64,000 bases of DNA from Eledone cirrhosa (Eukaryota). The DNA is taken from positions 84,382,001-84,446,000 of the forward strand of contig OZ024747.1 of the NCBI GenBank assembly GCA_964016885.1. The letters are read 5' to 3'. The notes below the pieces were generated by a model. That model did no database searches. It saw only the letters and a list, made by a program, of their open reading frames with translations, and was not told where the DNA came from. Below, in pieces: positions 13,105-31,904 of this stretch (position 1 is the first letter of the stretch; each line of letters begins with the position of its first letter). The position numbers were made by a program, and so were the translations under genes.

Positions 13105-14230
13105 ACGGAAGAGGTTAAAACTGGTTGCCTATGGGAACTTCTATAGGCTGATGATCTAATCCTCATAGCTGAATCTATGGTAGAATTAGAGAAGAAATTT
13201 CAAACCTGGAAGTATAGCTTGGAAGCAAAAGGTCTTAATGTCAACTTGACCAAGTAGAAAGGAAAACAGGGTCCAGATCCCTTCAGAGAAATGGCCTTGC
13301 TCATTGTGCAGGAAAGGAGTGGGTAGAAATTCCAACCTATGCTCCAAATGCAAACTACAGGTCCACAAGAGATGTAGTGGGATCTCAGGCAGGCTAACAA
13401 GGAATGTAGGTTTTATATGTTGTCAATGCACAGGAGCAATAAGAGCTCACAAGAAAAAAACTCCATTATATGTTTAGAGGGCTCCGTAGAAGTACTTGAT
13501 AGCTTCTGTTATTGGGTAACCAAATTAGCAATTGAGGAGGGTATTCTGAAAGCCAGAGTGAAAACAGGATGGAAAAAGTTGAAGCAGCTACTACCGCTGC
13601 TAACTACAAGAGGACTTTTCCTCAAAATGAAAAGCAGATTGTATGACTGTACAAAAGTGAGACCTGGACACTGTGTGCAGAGGACCTATGAAGATTGGAA
13701 AGAAATGAAACTTGTATGTTTCAATGGATGTATAATAGTAGTGTGCATGAATGGCGAAACATCAATGAACTAAAAGAGAAACTGGGCATAAGAGGGGTCA
13801 GATGGAGTGTGTAGGAGAAGAGATTGTGGCGGTATGTACATGTGATGCCTATGTAAGATGACAGCTGTATATAAAGATGCAGGGTGCTCAAAGTCAACAA
13901 ACTATGATGTAAAAGGAATATGTAGAAAAGCTTGGGATAAAAGCTCACCTTCCCCAACTAAACCTCTCAAAAGAGACGATACAGGATCAAGATCTCTGGG
14001 GTTATGCTGTACTGCAGAAGACCTGCCTTCCTATATGCAATGGAAGAAACAAACATGCAGAGAACACTAGTAGGCACCAATCTTCTCTTGACCCCCTCCC
14101 CAGCTAAATATCCCACAAAGGTGGTCATGCTAGTTACACAAGGGGCACCTAGTCCACTCTAAGGTGGTTGGTATTAAGAAGGGCATCCAGCCGTAGAAAC
14201 TAAGCCAAAATACAACTCCATATGAGCAAG
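13105..14230 (+). mobile_element. Old degraded RTE-X LINE, 3' part (RT C-terminus, PHD-like Cys region, 3' UTR)
   Basis: Conceptual translation KTGCLWELL*ADDLILIAESMVELEKKFQTWK...ARVKTGWKKLKQLLPLLTTRG...KMKSRLYD aligns with the ORF at 55358-57400 but has many stops and frameshifts. The 3' UTR motif ggttggtattaagaagggcatccagccgtagaaa is at about 14165-14200. Confidence 0.8.
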
Positions 14231-14731
14231 AGATGGTCAGTAGAATGATGAGAACAGTAGAATACCAGACAAAGTACATTTTTGGTCTTTAACCCTTTAA
14301 TTACCATACTTATGAGTGCTCTTCAGCTTGGACAATAATCAACAACCCCTTTAGTATTGGTACCATGAAGATACAACCACTAAGTTGGTTGATGACAGGA
14401 AGGACATCCCATTGTAGAAACCATGCCAAAAATGGTTGAGAGATCCTTTAATTGTGCCAATGGCATAACCTTTCAAGTGTTGGTGATCTACATCATAAAT
14501 GCACCCAGTACACACTGTAAAGTGGTTGGTGATAGGAAGGGCATCCCGCTGGGGAACATTTGCCCAACAAAACATTGGGTGACACTTCAGTTGTGTCAAG
14601 CCTCCACTTAAGTATTAACTGCCTGCGAAGATTGTCTCCTACCATTGCTAGCAACACCTGCCTTACATCTTATGACATACTTTCAATTTTAATGCCTTTG
14701 ATCATAGGACTAAACTATATCTTATTCTGAA

Positions 14732-15000
14732 AAGAGAGAGAGGGAGAGAGAGTGTAGAGAGAGTGTGTGTGTAGAGAGAGAGTGTAGAGAGAGTGTGTGT
14801 GTGTGTAGAGAGAGAGAGCGTGTGTGTGTGTGTAGAGAGAGGAGAGAGAGTAGAGAGAGAGAGAGTATAGAGAGAGTAGAGAGAGAGAGAGTATAGAGAG
14901 AGTAGAGAGAGGAGAGGAGAGAGAGGAGAGAGAGGAGAGGAGAGTAGGGAGAGGAGAGGAGGAGAGAGAGGAGAGTAGGGAGAGGAAAGGAGAGGAGAGG

Positions 15001-15042
<42 letters not shown>
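14732..15042 (+). repeat. (GA)n / (GAGAG)n polypurine microsatellite with (GT) patches
   Basis: Directly visible, about 310 bp. Confidence 0.95.
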
Positions 15043-15044
<2 letters not shown>

Positions 15045-15382
15045 AGCCAACACAATATGGACGATGAGACAAATGAAGAGAGTGGTATACATATGGTGTA
15101 AGAGAAAGTATATATTTATGTAGATCCTTTCTAGCGGTTGAAAAATATGAGAATAGCAACACTTGGTTGATATAAAGAATTAGTTTTCGCAGAAGCTGTG
15201 TTAGCAATGCAAACTTTATTGACTGACTGTTGAAATGTTGAAAGTTATTTGAGACTGTGCACGCATATATAAAATGAAAGAAAAATTTGTGGAGCCAGCT
15301 GGTAATGGAATGTATATATATCTCCTGGTTAACCTCAGGTGGATTTACCTGTATGCTATTGGGGAGGCTGACAGAAAGGGAG

Positions 15383-15582
15383 NNNNNNNNNNNNNNNNNN
15401 NNNNNNNNNNNNNNNNNNNNNNNNNNNNNNNNNNNNNNNNNNNNNNNNNNNNNNNNNNNNNNNNNNNNNNNNNNNNNNNNNNNNNNNNNNNNNNNNNNNN
15501 NNNNNNNNNNNNNNNNNNNNNNNNNNNNNNNNNNNNNNNNNNNNNNNNNNNNNNNNNNNNNNNNNNNNNNNNNNNNNNNNNN
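15383..15582. other. Assembly gap (200 N)
   Basis: Exactly 200 N, a typical arbitrary scaffold-join size. Confidence 1.
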
Positions 15583-21590
<6,008 letters not shown>

Positions 21591-21591
21591 T

Positions 21592-21735
21592 AGGCACATG
21601 GCTTAGTGGTTAGAGCATTGGCCTTGCAATCGAAAGGTTGTGAGATCAATTCTCAGACCGGGTTGATGTGTTGTTTCCTTGAGCAAGACACTTTATTTCA
21701 CATTGCTCCAGTTTACTCAGCTGTAGAAATGAGAT
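21592..21735 (+). mobile_element. tRNA-derived SINE head + core domain
   Basis: A-box tggcttagtggt, B-box-like gagatcaattctc, then the core ccttgagcaagacactttatttcacattgctccagtttactcagctgtagaaatgag. Confidence 0.7.
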
Positions 21736-21799
21736 GATAGGGAACTGGGGTCCATATCATTCCACTGCAAAGTGGTCGTGGAGGTGCCACGGCAAAAAG

Positions 21800-22003
21800 C
21801 ACCAGCACTCACTGTAAATGAGGTTGGTGTTAGGAAGGGCATCCAGCTGTAGAAATCAAGCCAAAATCAGTTCCCGTCCCACCCTTGCAAGCAGGGAAAA
21901 AGCGGACGTAAAATGAAATGATGATGTATATATTTGTATATAAATATATATCTCCAAACCCATGCAAGCGTGGCAGATGGACGTTAAATGATGATGATGA
22001 TGA
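21800..22003 (+). mobile_element. RTE-X-type 3' ends (two) ending in (GAT)n
   Basis: gttggtgttaggaagggcatccagctgtagaaa...ggacgtaaaatgaaatgatgatg and ccaaacccatgcaagcgtggcagatggacgttaaatgatgatg match the RTE-X 3' terminus at 28730-28887. Confidence 0.7.
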
Positions 22004-22187
22004 TTTGTATATATATATATATGTATATGTATGTATATATATTTGTATATATATATTTGTATATATATATATATATTTGTATATATATATATATTTGTAT
22101 ATGTATATATATATGTATATGTATATGTATATATATGTATATATATATATATATGAATATGTATGTATATATGTATATCTATGTATA

Positions 22188-22562
22188 AAAAAAAGAGAGT
22201 ACCAGTGATGCGCTGGGCCAGTCGCTGGATCCGTGCCAAAAGCAGAAAAATTATTATTAAAGTTGTTTTCTTAAGGCCAGGTCGCTGGTGATGGTGATGG
22301 CGGCGGCGGTGGTGGTGGCAGTTGATGTTGTTGTTGTGTTGTGTGTGTGTTTTGTTATTTTGAGTTGTTTTTTTTTTCCTTTCTTTTTTTTTTTTTTTTT
22401 TTTTTTTTTTCTCTCTTTTGTTGACTCCGTGGAGAGCCATAACTCTATGCTGTAAAGCAATTATAGTAATACTGGACTGTAATACGATCGGCTTCAACTA
22501 TACAAACTCTTGAAAGTCAACAGTTGACATGATATTGTAATCTTGTATCAGTAATGACGGTA

Positions 22563-22593
<31 letters not shown>

Positions 22594-22691
22594 CGTGTAA
22601 GTGAGTAGAGTAGCGTGTGTGTGTGTTTGTTGTATGTATGAGTGTTGCTGTGTGTGCGCATGTGTATGTCGTACGTATAAGTGTCAATAAG

Positions 22692-22722
<31 letters not shown>

Positions 22723-25700
22723 GTGCGGGGACATAGAAATAATCGGGCTGGATGCCCGATCGCGCAGTTAAACCACTGGGAGTGAAGAACCCCGAGCCCT
22801 TGTCAGGGTATTCTTCTAGGAGAAGGCATCTCAGGAAACTGGATTAACTCCGATATAAAACCTGCGGCTCAGTAGTTACCGATGATGTTGATCTTTTCTT
22901 CTTTTCGGGTTATAGCTACTGTCGCTCAGAGAGTGGGATTGGCTCAGTGCACAGTCTTTCCTCACTTTAAAAATATTCGTCATGCACAGGCATTGCACGA
23001 GTGCATTAATAATTATTAATAGTGTACTATTATTATTATTATTATTATTACTATTATTATTACTTTTTTTTTTTTTTTCCAATTCAATGATGTTCCAGAA
23101 CAATGTAAACGAGATAATTGCCAATTTGGGTTCTGGAACAAAAAAGATCATTGGCAATAAGGGCAGGGGCTCCAAGTTATCACAACCTGGGCCCGCCCGT
23201 CATCGTGCCATTGTAATAGAGCCAAACAGGGCATTTAGTCTTGGCTGCTGGAACGTACGGACGCTGCTTGACGGGGATTCTTTGGAGCGTCCTGAACAAA
23301 GGACCGCTCTTGTTGCAAAGGAGCTTCGACGTTACGATCTTGACATCGTGGCTTTATCTGAGACGAGGTTAGCTGGAGATGGTCATCTTACGGAATTTTG
23401 TGGAGAATATACATTCTTCTGGAAAGGAAGAGATGAAGGAACCAGAAGAGAGGCTGGGGTAGGATTTGCTGTTAAGACTGTACTGGTGAATAAATTAGAA
23501 GAATTCCCAGTAGGGATTAGTGAGCGTCTTATGTCCATGAGAGTTCCGCTGGACAAGGGAAGATATGCTACCCTGGTGAGTGTGTATGCTCCAACTATGA
23601 ATTCTGTCGATGAAGAAAAACTGTCCTTTTACCATGCCTTGAAAAGTGTTCTAAGAAATATCCCTCAGGCAGACAAAGTCATCGTGCTTGGTGACTTTAA
23701 TGCTAGAGTGGGTAGGGATTTTAACACATGGAATGTAATCGGAAGGCATGGGGTGGGGAAGTGTAACAGCAATGGTATGCTCTTGCTGCAGATGTGTGAG
23801 GAGCTGGATCTGTGTGTTACCAACACCATGTTCCAACAAAAGAACAAATTCAAGACCACATGGATGCATCCTGCATCTAAGGAATGGCATCTTTTGGACT
23901 ACGTCCTAGTCAGGATGCATGACAGACAGGATGTGCAGTGTGTTCGTGTTCTTCGTGGAGCTGAGTGCTGGACGGACCACCGCCTGGTACGCGCAAAAGT
24001 GAATCTAATCACCAAACGTAAAATCCGGGCTCCTGGTGTTACCCTGCCCAAAAGATTGAATGCTGCTCATCTTAAGGATAAAAATGTGAAGAGGACATTG
24101 GAAGAAGAGATGCAGGCTGCAGATCTTGGTGAGGATTGGCCGACCCTTAAAAAGTCGGTTTATGATGTAGGCAGATGTGTTCTGGGATTGGTGCAGAGAA
24201 AACATCAGGACTGGTTTAATGAGAATGATGTACATATAGAAGACTTGTTGGCTGATAAGAGGCGTGCTCTGTCACGCTACTTGACGGCAAAACCACAGGA
24301 GAGGAATACGTTGCATGAGGAGCTCAGGGATGTAAAATCACGTGTTAGGCGGAGTCTTTCTCAGATGAAGGATCAGTGGTGGAGTGAGAAGGCTGGTGAG
24401 ATACAAACTGCGTCTGATTGCAATAACACAAAGCTGTTGTACAGTCTCTTGCGTGAGGTTTATGAACCGTCTTCTTCTCTGGTGACACCGATTCGCAGCA
24501 AGGATGGCAAAGAACTTCTTCGTGACTCACAGGGAATTCTACGAAGGTGGCGAGAGCACTTTGATGATCTTTTGAATCAGCCGTCTGTCGTCAGTGAAGA
24601 TTTCCTCAATCTCATTCCGGAAAGTCCTGTGAAAGTAGCTCTCGCAGAACCTCCGACGCTTGTGGAGGTTGCAGTGGCTATTTCGAAGCTGAACAGTGGA
24701 AGATCTCCAGGTATGGATGGCATACATGCTGAGCTCCTACAATATGGTGGTGAGAGACTCCTGCAACATCTTCACTCTCTGTTTGGAAGGATATGGACTA
24801 ATGAATCCGTGCCTGAGGACTGGAGAGATGCAGTAATGGTGGTCTTGTACAAGGGAAAGGGTAACAGGAATGATTGTGGGAACTACAGAGGTATATCATT
24901 GCTTTCTGTCGTAGGGAAAGTTTTATGTAGGGTGCTTCTGGACCGTCTGCTGACACACATTGCAGATTGTGTCCTTCCTGAAAGTCAATCTGGTTTTCAT
25001 GCTGGACGCGGCACTACTGATATGATCTTCTCAGCTAGACAGCTCCAGGAGAAGTGCATTGAACAGGGCTTGGATCTGTATCGGGTTTTTGTCGATCTGA
25101 CAAAGGCTTTCGATACTGTCAACAGAGATGCATTATGGAAGGTTCTCCAGAAACTTGGTTGCCCTGATAAGTTCCTTGCTTTAGTTAGGTCTTTCCATGA
25201 CAACATGAAGGCTTGGGTTAATGTCGGAGGTAACATGTCGGAGCCTATCTCAGTAAAAAATGGAGTGAAACAGGGGGATATTCCAGCACCGACCCTGTTT
25301 GCCATATACTTTGCAATGGTTTTCTGTATTGCATTCAGGAATTGCGAGCATGGTGTTTACATCCGATATCGAACCTCAGGCAGCATATTTAACATCAGGC
25401 GCTTTGCTGCGAAGACAAAAGTATTTACATCAGTCATAAGAGACCTCTTGTATGCAGATGATTGCGATCTTGTAGCGCACACAGAGAGTGATATGCAGCA
25501 CATTTTGAATGCATTTTCTGACGCTTGCACTGCCCTAGGTCTGACTGTCAGTCTCAAGAAAACCGTTGTCATGTACCAGCCTGCCCCTAGTAAGCAGTAC
25601 ACTGAACCAAACATCTATGTGTATGGCAAACGACTTGGAGTGGTTGATCAGTTTGTCTACCTGGGAAGCACTGTCAATCGATACGGCAACCTTGACAGTG

Positions 25701-26838
25701 AAATCTCACTTAGGATTAGGAAAGCAAGTGATGCTTTCGGAAAGCTAGAAAGGCGACTCTGGGGTCGGCGAGACATATGCAGGAGGACAAAGGTAAAGGT
25801 GTACAGGGCATGTGTACTCTCTTGTCTTCTTTATGCCTGCGAGACCTGGGTCACATATCAACGCCACCTTAAGCAATTGGAGCGTTTCCATCAGATGTGT
25901 CTCAGACGGATCCATGGCGTTCACTGGAGGGACCACATCAGTGATGTCGAGATTTTGGAAAGCTCTATGTGTGACAGTATAGAAGCTCTTGTGCTTAAGC
26001 AACGACTCCGTTGGAGTGGTCACCTTGCCAGGATGAAGGATTCTAGAATACCAAAACAACTCTTCTATGGAGAGTTGGTTAAAGGAAAACGACCACCACA
26101 TAAACCAAAAAAGAGGTATAAGGATTCGTTGAAAGCCTCTCTGAAAGACGCTAACATCTCTGCTGATACATGGGAAAATATTGCTGCTGATCGTAATAAA
26201 TGGAGAAAGACTGTATATGAGGGAAAAGTTGCCTTTGAGGCATCTCGAATCGCACACGAGAAAGTAAAGCGGGACGTGAGGAAGGGCATTGCTGTTGCAC
26301 TTCCAGACGGCGAGGGTCCTCCTATGGTGCTGACATGCAGCGTCTGTGCGAGACTCTGCCTAAGCAAAGCTGGACTCGAAAGTCATCTTCGCAGTCATAA
26401 AGTAAGACCAGTGGTTGACTACCAGGCTGCTGTTGGTGATGCTACTCATCATGCTTGCCAAACATGTGGTAGAGAATGTAAATCAGCAGGAGGGCTCAAG
26501 CGACATGCAAAAGTACACGAACTCCAACCACAGCCGACTATTCCCAGTAAATGTTTTGGTTGCCGACTCTGTGCAAGACATTTTAGATCATTGGCTGGGC
26601 TAAAAAGCCACATTCGATCGCAGCACTGTTAGTTGCTATCGTGTGTGTGTGTGTGTAGATATGCTTATGTGCGTGCGTGTGTGTGTATATATATATGAAT
26701 ATGTATATTATTATTGTTGTTGTCGTTATTATTATTATTGCTATTATTATTATTATTATTAATATTTTTTTTTTTATTTTATTTTTTTTTTTTTCTTGTG
26801 CAATGGCCATACTCGATAACGAGGGGGCAGCCATCATC
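22188..26838 (+). mobile_element. Full-length RTE-clade LINE with 13-bp TSD
   Basis: TSD atatctatgtata at 22175-22187 and 26839-26851. About 0.9 kb of 5' UTR, a single ORF, a 3' stem-loop ctcg-ataa-cgag and a (CAT)n tail. Confidence 0.9.
23087..26632 (+). CDS. RTE LINE ORF: APE endonuclease + reverse transcriptase + three C2H2 zinc fingers
   Basis: Uninterrupted ORF. APE motifs are [37 protein letters not shown] and TDHRLV. RT motifs are [25 protein letters not shown] and LLYADD. The fingers are CSVC..HLRSH, CQTC..HAKVH and CRLC..HIRSQH. The likely start is ATG 23087, because the upstream extension from 22982 runs through a (TTA)n microsatellite. Confidence 0.92.
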   Translation: MMFQNNVNEIIANLGSGTKKIIGNKGRGSKLSQPGPARHRAIVIEPNRAFSLGCWNVRTLLDGDSLERPEQRTALVAKELRRYDLDIVALSETRLAGDGHLTEFCGEYTFFWKGRDEGTRREAGVGFAVKTVLVNKLEEFPVGISERLMSMRVPLDKGRYATLVSVYAPTMNSVDEEKLSFYHALKSVLRNIPQADKVIVLGDFNARVGRDFNTWNVIGRHGVGKCNSNGMLLLQMCEELDLCVTNTMFQQKNKFKTTWMHPASKEWHLLDYVLVRMHDRQDVQCVRVLRGAECWTDHRLVRAKVNLITKRKIRAPGVTLPKRLNAAHLKDKNVKRTLEEEMQAADLGEDWPTLKKSVYDVGRCVLGLVQRKHQDWFNENDVHIEDLLADKRRALSRYLTAKPQERNTLHEELRDVKSRVRRSLSQMKDQWWSEKAGEIQTASDCNNTKLLYSLLREVYEPSSSLVTPIRSKDGKELLRDSQGILRRWREHFDDLLNQPSVVSEDFLNLIPESPVKVALAEPPTLVEVAVAISKLNSGRSPGMDGIHAELLQYGGERLLQHLHSLFGRIWTNESVPEDWRDAVMVVLYKGKGNRNDCGNYRGISLLSVVGKVLCRVLLDRLLTHIADCVLPESQSGFHAGRGTTDMIFSARQLQEKCIEQGLDLYRVFVDLTKAFDTVNRDALWKVLQKLGCPDKFLALVRSFHDNMKAWVNVGGNMSEPISVKNGVKQGDIPAPTLFAIYFAMVFCIAFRNCEHGVYIRYRTSGSIFNIRRFAAKTKVFTSVIRDLLYADDCDLVAHTESDMQHILNAFSDACTALGLTVSLKKTVVMYQPAPSKQYTEPNIYVYGKRLGVVDQFVYLGSTVNRYGNLDSEISLRIRKASDAFGKLERRLWGRRDICRRTKVKVYRACVLSCLLYACETWVTYQRHLKQLERFHQMCLRRIHGVHWRDHISDVEILESSMCDSIEALVLKQRLRWSGHLARMKDSRIPKQLFYGELVKGKRPPHKPKKRYKDSLKASLKDANISADTWENIAADRNKWRKTVYEGKVAFEASRIAHEKVKRDVRKGIAVALPDGEGPPMVLTCSVCARLCLSKAGLESHLRSHKVRPVVDYQAAVGDATHHACQTCGRECKSAGGLKRHAKVHELQPQPTIPSKCFGCRLCARHFRSLAGLKSHIRSQHC

Positions 26839-26840
26839 AT

Positions 26841-27149
26841 ATCTATGTATATATATATGTATATGTATGTATATATGTATGTATATATATATGTATGTAT
26901 ATATATATGTATATGTATATAAATATATATATGTATATGTATGTATATATATGTATATGTATGTATATATATGTATATGTATGTATATATATGTATATGT
27001 ATGTATATATATGTATATGTATGTATGTATATATATATGTATATGTATGTGTATATGTATGTATGTATATATATATGTATATGTATGTGTATATGTATAT
27101 ATATATGTGTATATGTATGTATGTATGTGTATATGTATGTGTATATGTA

Positions 27150-27180
<31 letters not shown>

Positions 27181-27267
27181 GTATATGTATGTGTATATGT
27201 ATATATATATGTGTGTATGTATGTATGTATGTATGTGTATATGTATGTATATGTATGTATATGTATG

Positions 27268-27297
<30 letters not shown>
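26841..27297. repeat. (TA/TG) microsatellite
   Basis: Directly visible. Confidence 0.95.
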
Positions 27298-27298
<1 letters not shown>

Positions 27299-28887
27299 CC
27301 AATAGAGGGACCAGCAGTGTTAGTCGAGGGGAGTATAATAAGTAAGGCAATCAAGGATATGAAGACGGGTAAGGCGGCTGGGCCTTCGGAAATAGTTGCT
27401 GAGATGCTGAAGGCATCTGGCACGGTGGGACACACCATGGTCACCCGGATAGTTAACCAAGTCGTACAGAATGGGGTTGTTCCGAAGGACTGGCATAGCA
27501 GCATCATCGTTAACTGTTATAAGGGTAAAGGAGATGCCCTAGATAGGAGTAACTATAGAGGCATTAAATTAATCGACCAGGTCATGAAGGTCATGCTCAG
27601 TGTGTAGGAAAGGCATAGGTAGAACTCCATTTTATGTCCCAAATGCAAAGTATGGGTACATAAAAGATGTAGTGGGATCACAGGTAAGCTAACTAAGAAC
27701 GTAGATTTTATATGTGGCCGGTGCTCTGGTGCAATAAGTAGCAGCAAGTGCCCACAAAATACTAGCTCTTTCAATTGCGCAGAGGGTTCTATAGAAATAG
27801 TGGACAGCTTCCGTTACCTGGGCGACAAAATCAGCAGTGGGGAACGGTGCTCTGAAAGTACAGTAGCTAGAGTCAGAACTGGTTGGAAAAAGTTCAGAGA
27901 GCTTATACCACTATTAGCTGCTAAAGGGTTCTCCCTAAAAATGAAAGGCAGGTTGTATGATGCCTGCATACGAACAGCAATGTTGCATGGCAGTGAGACC
28001 TGGGCATTGTGTGCAGAGGATATACGCAGACTAGAGAGGAACGAAGCTTGCATGCTCCGCTGGATGTGCAATAGTAATATACGTGAACGGCAAAGCATAA
28101 ACGAACTAAGGAAAAAATTAGAAATAAGAGGGATCAGATGTTGTTTACTCGAGAGAAGGCTACGTTGGTACGGTCACGTGATGCGCATGAAAGACGACAG
28201 CTGTATAACAAAGTGCAGGGCAATAAAGATAGACGGTAGCCACGGAGTAGGCAGACCCAGAAAAACATGGGACGAGCTGATAAATTCCGACCTCACACGC
28301 TTACACCTCTCCAAGACAATGTCACTGGACCGAGACCTTTGGCGGTACTCAGTAATAGAGAAGACCCGCCTTACCTAAATACAAAGTAAAAACCTACTAC
28401 AGTCAGTAGGCATCTCTATCAAAACACACCCCCGTCCCACCACCTCCACCCCACCCACACCGCCCCTTTCAATGTAAAGTTATGTTGGTCCCACAACATC
28501 CAGGCCGAAACAAATGAGATCGTGTGGGTGTCACGACAAAAAACACACAGTCCACGCTGTAAATGTGGCCGTGTAGGCAACACGGTAAAAACCTCCCAGC
28601 CCCACACTGTAAATGTGGTTGGTGTTAGGAAGGGCATCCAGCTGTAGAAAACCCGCCAGACAGTCCACGCTGTAATGTGGCCGTGTAGGCAACACGGTAA
28701 AAACCTCCCAGCCCCACACTGTAAATGTGGTTGGTGTTAGGAAGGGCATCCAACTGTAGAAAACCCGCCAGACAGTCCTATGCGAGCAAGACAACCACTC
28801 TTGCCTCAAGTGGGAAAACCCCCGTCCAAACCCATGCAAGCGTGGAACACGGACGCTAAACCTGATGATGATGATGATGATGATGAT
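27299..28887 (+). mobile_element. 5'-truncated, internally deleted RTE-X LINE
   Basis: [12 protein letters not shown]...[14 protein letters not shown] is joined directly to the PHD-like region, then DSFRYLGD...EKTRLT*. The 3' UTR has two 113/112-bp repeats and a (GAT)n tail. Nearly identical to 54855-57506. Confidence 0.9.
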
Positions 28888-29222
28888 GTATATATATATA
28901 TGTATATATATGTATATATGTATATATATGTATATATGTATATATATGTATATATATATATGTATATGTATATATATGTATATATATATGTATATGTATG
29001 TGTATATATATATGTATATGTATGTATATATATATATGTATATGTATGTATATATATGTATATGTATGTATATATATATATATGTATATGTATATATATA
29101 TATATGTATATGTATATATATATATATGTATATGTATATATATATATATGTATATGTATATGTATATATATATATATATGTATATGTATATATATATATA
29201 TGTATATGTATGTATATATATG

Positions 29223-29255
<33 letters not shown>

Positions 29256-29256
29256 G

Positions 29257-29289
<33 letters not shown>

Positions 29290-29439
29290 GTAGATGTATG
29301 TATATGTATGTATATGTATGAATATATATATATATGTATATATATATATATGTATGTATATATGTATGTATATATATGTATATGTATGTATATATATATA
29401 TATGTATATGTATGTATATATATATGTATGTATATGTAT

Positions 29440-29471
<32 letters not shown>

Positions 29472-29472
29472 G

Positions 29473-29503
<31 letters not shown>

Positions 29504-29535
29504 GTATATGTATATATATATATATGTATATATAA

Positions 29536-29576
<41 letters not shown>

Positions 29577-29700
29577 TATATATATGTATATGTATATATA
29601 TGTATGTATATATATATATATGTATATGTATATATATGTATGTATATATATATATATGTATATGTATATATATGTATATATATATATATGTATATATATG

Positions 29701-29733
<33 letters not shown>

Positions 29734-29776
29734 GTATATGTATATATATATGTATATATATATATGTATATATATG

Positions 29777-29833
<57 letters not shown>

Positions 29834-29952
29834 GTATGTATATATATATGTATATATATATGTATGTATATATATATGTATATATATATGTATATATATA
29901 TGTATGTATATATATATATGTATATATATATATACATATATATATACATATA
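28888..29952. repeat. (TA/TG) microsatellite
   Basis: Directly visible. Confidence 0.95.
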
Positions 29953-30194
29953 TTCCAACGGTTTTCAACCCCTCTATGTAAAAAATATATCTCCTCTCAG
30001 TTATAAAAACTATCTCTTTCTCTCTATCACCCATCTCTTCCTCTCATCTCCTTCCCTTTTCATCCTCCCCCCCCCCCTCTCTAAATAAAATATTTTTCCC
30101 AATATCACACATCAATCTAAAACCACTTTTCATATGTTGATTTAAAACTGCACTATCCACAAGTGTTTTTTAGCCTTCATATCATGTTCTCCTG

Positions 30195-30261
30195 TTTTAT
30201 CTGATGAAAACACAAATATTATTGCTTGATGATGTTTGTTTTTGAAATGCGCATAATAAAA
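30195..30261 (+). ncRNA. Minimal type I hammerhead ribozyme (family A)
   Basis: ttttat-CTGATGA-aaacacaaa...tttgttttt-GAAA-TGCGCA-TA-ataaaa. Stem I is ttttat/ataaaa, stem III is the palindrome ATGCGCAT, and the cleavage triplet is AUA. Confidence 0.75.
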
Positions 30262-30330
30262 TATATGGAACTCCTTTAACCATCTTTTGATCTTATATTA
30301 TATATGTATATATGTATATATGTATATATG

Positions 30331-30399
<69 letters not shown>

Positions 30400-30401
30400 A
30401 C

Positions 30402-30447
<46 letters not shown>

Positions 30448-30619
30448 GTATATATATATATGTATCTATATATATATATATATGTATATATATGTAGGAG
30501 GTGAGTTTTATTGTAGTACAATAAAGCAATGCAGATATCGGATAAGAAGCACTCTACAGTTTGTGGGACTGGAGTATGCATAATATAAGATCAAAAGATG
30601 GTTAAAGGAGTTCAATATA

Positions 30620-30686
30620 TTTTATTATGCGCATTTCAAAAACAAACATCATCAAACAATAATATTTGTGTTTTCATCAGATAAAA
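30620..30686 (-). ncRNA. Hammerhead ribozyme (family A, inverted copy)
   Basis: Exact reverse complement of 30817-30883. Confidence 0.75.
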
Positions 30687-30816
30687 CAGGAGAACATGAT
30701 ATGAAGGCTAAAAAAACACTTGTTGATAGTGCAGTTTTAAATCAACATATGGATATGTTGATTTAAAACTGCACTATCAACAAGTGTTTTTTTAGCCTTC
30801 ATATCATGTTCTCCTG

Positions 30817-30883
30817 TTTTATCTGATGAAAACACAAATATTATTGTTTGATGATGTTTGTTTTTGAAATGCGCATAATAAAA
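30817..30883 (+). ncRNA. Hammerhead ribozyme (family A)
   Basis: Same core as 30195-30261. Confidence 0.75.
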
Positions 30884-30922
30884 TATATTGAACTCCTTTA
30901 ACCATCTTTTGATCTTATATTA

Positions 30923-31702
<780 letters not shown>

Positions 31703-31861
31703 ATTGGAATAAATGCTCTGAAATAGCGATATATATGTGAATATAGACATAGAATATTCGAAAATATTCTGTATGTTTATAATAAACATTTTGAAGACCT
31801 AATCGCTATAGAATAGAATACGTCACGTATTACAATTAGATTCTCGATAAAAGCAAGGGAA

Positions 31862-31904
31862 GTAATCTACGCGTTTCATTCTAGTTAGAAATCATCAGGA
31901 CTAC
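31862..31904 (-). ncRNA. Minimal type I hammerhead ribozyme (family B, unit 1)
   Basis: Minus strand reads gtagtc-CTGATGA-tttctaactagaat-GAAA-CGCG-TA-gattac. Stem I is gtagtc/gattac, stem II is ttct/agaa, stem III is the palindrome ACGCGT, and the cleavage triplet is GUA. Confidence 0.85.

Larger units (their letters stand above)
29953..30922. mobile_element. Penelope-like pLTR remnants: + copy (29953-30300), - copy (30496-30750), + copy (30753-30922)
   Basis: Three copies of one segment of about 170 bp, each carrying a hammerhead. Positions 30581-30750 and 30753-30922 form a perfect palindrome with a GG spacer. Confidence 0.75.

Noticed and set aside
14702-15092. Ser/Leu-rich ORFs on the minus strand
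   Set aside because: These are translations of the (CT)n microsatellite.
21592-21665. tRNA gene
   Set aside because: It has a degenerate T-arm, no acceptor stem or terminator, and continues into a SINE core found elsewhere in the window.
22190-22300. HDV-like ribozyme at the RTE 5' end
   Set aside because: Some RTEs have one, but I could not find the P1/P3/L3/P1.1 arrangement here. Only a simple ccagtga/tcgctgg hairpin is evident.
22982-23086. Poly-Leu 'signal peptide' at the N-terminus of the RTE ORF
   Set aside because: It is encoded by (TTA)n and (T)n microsatellites in the 5' UTR. ATG 23087 is the more plausible start.
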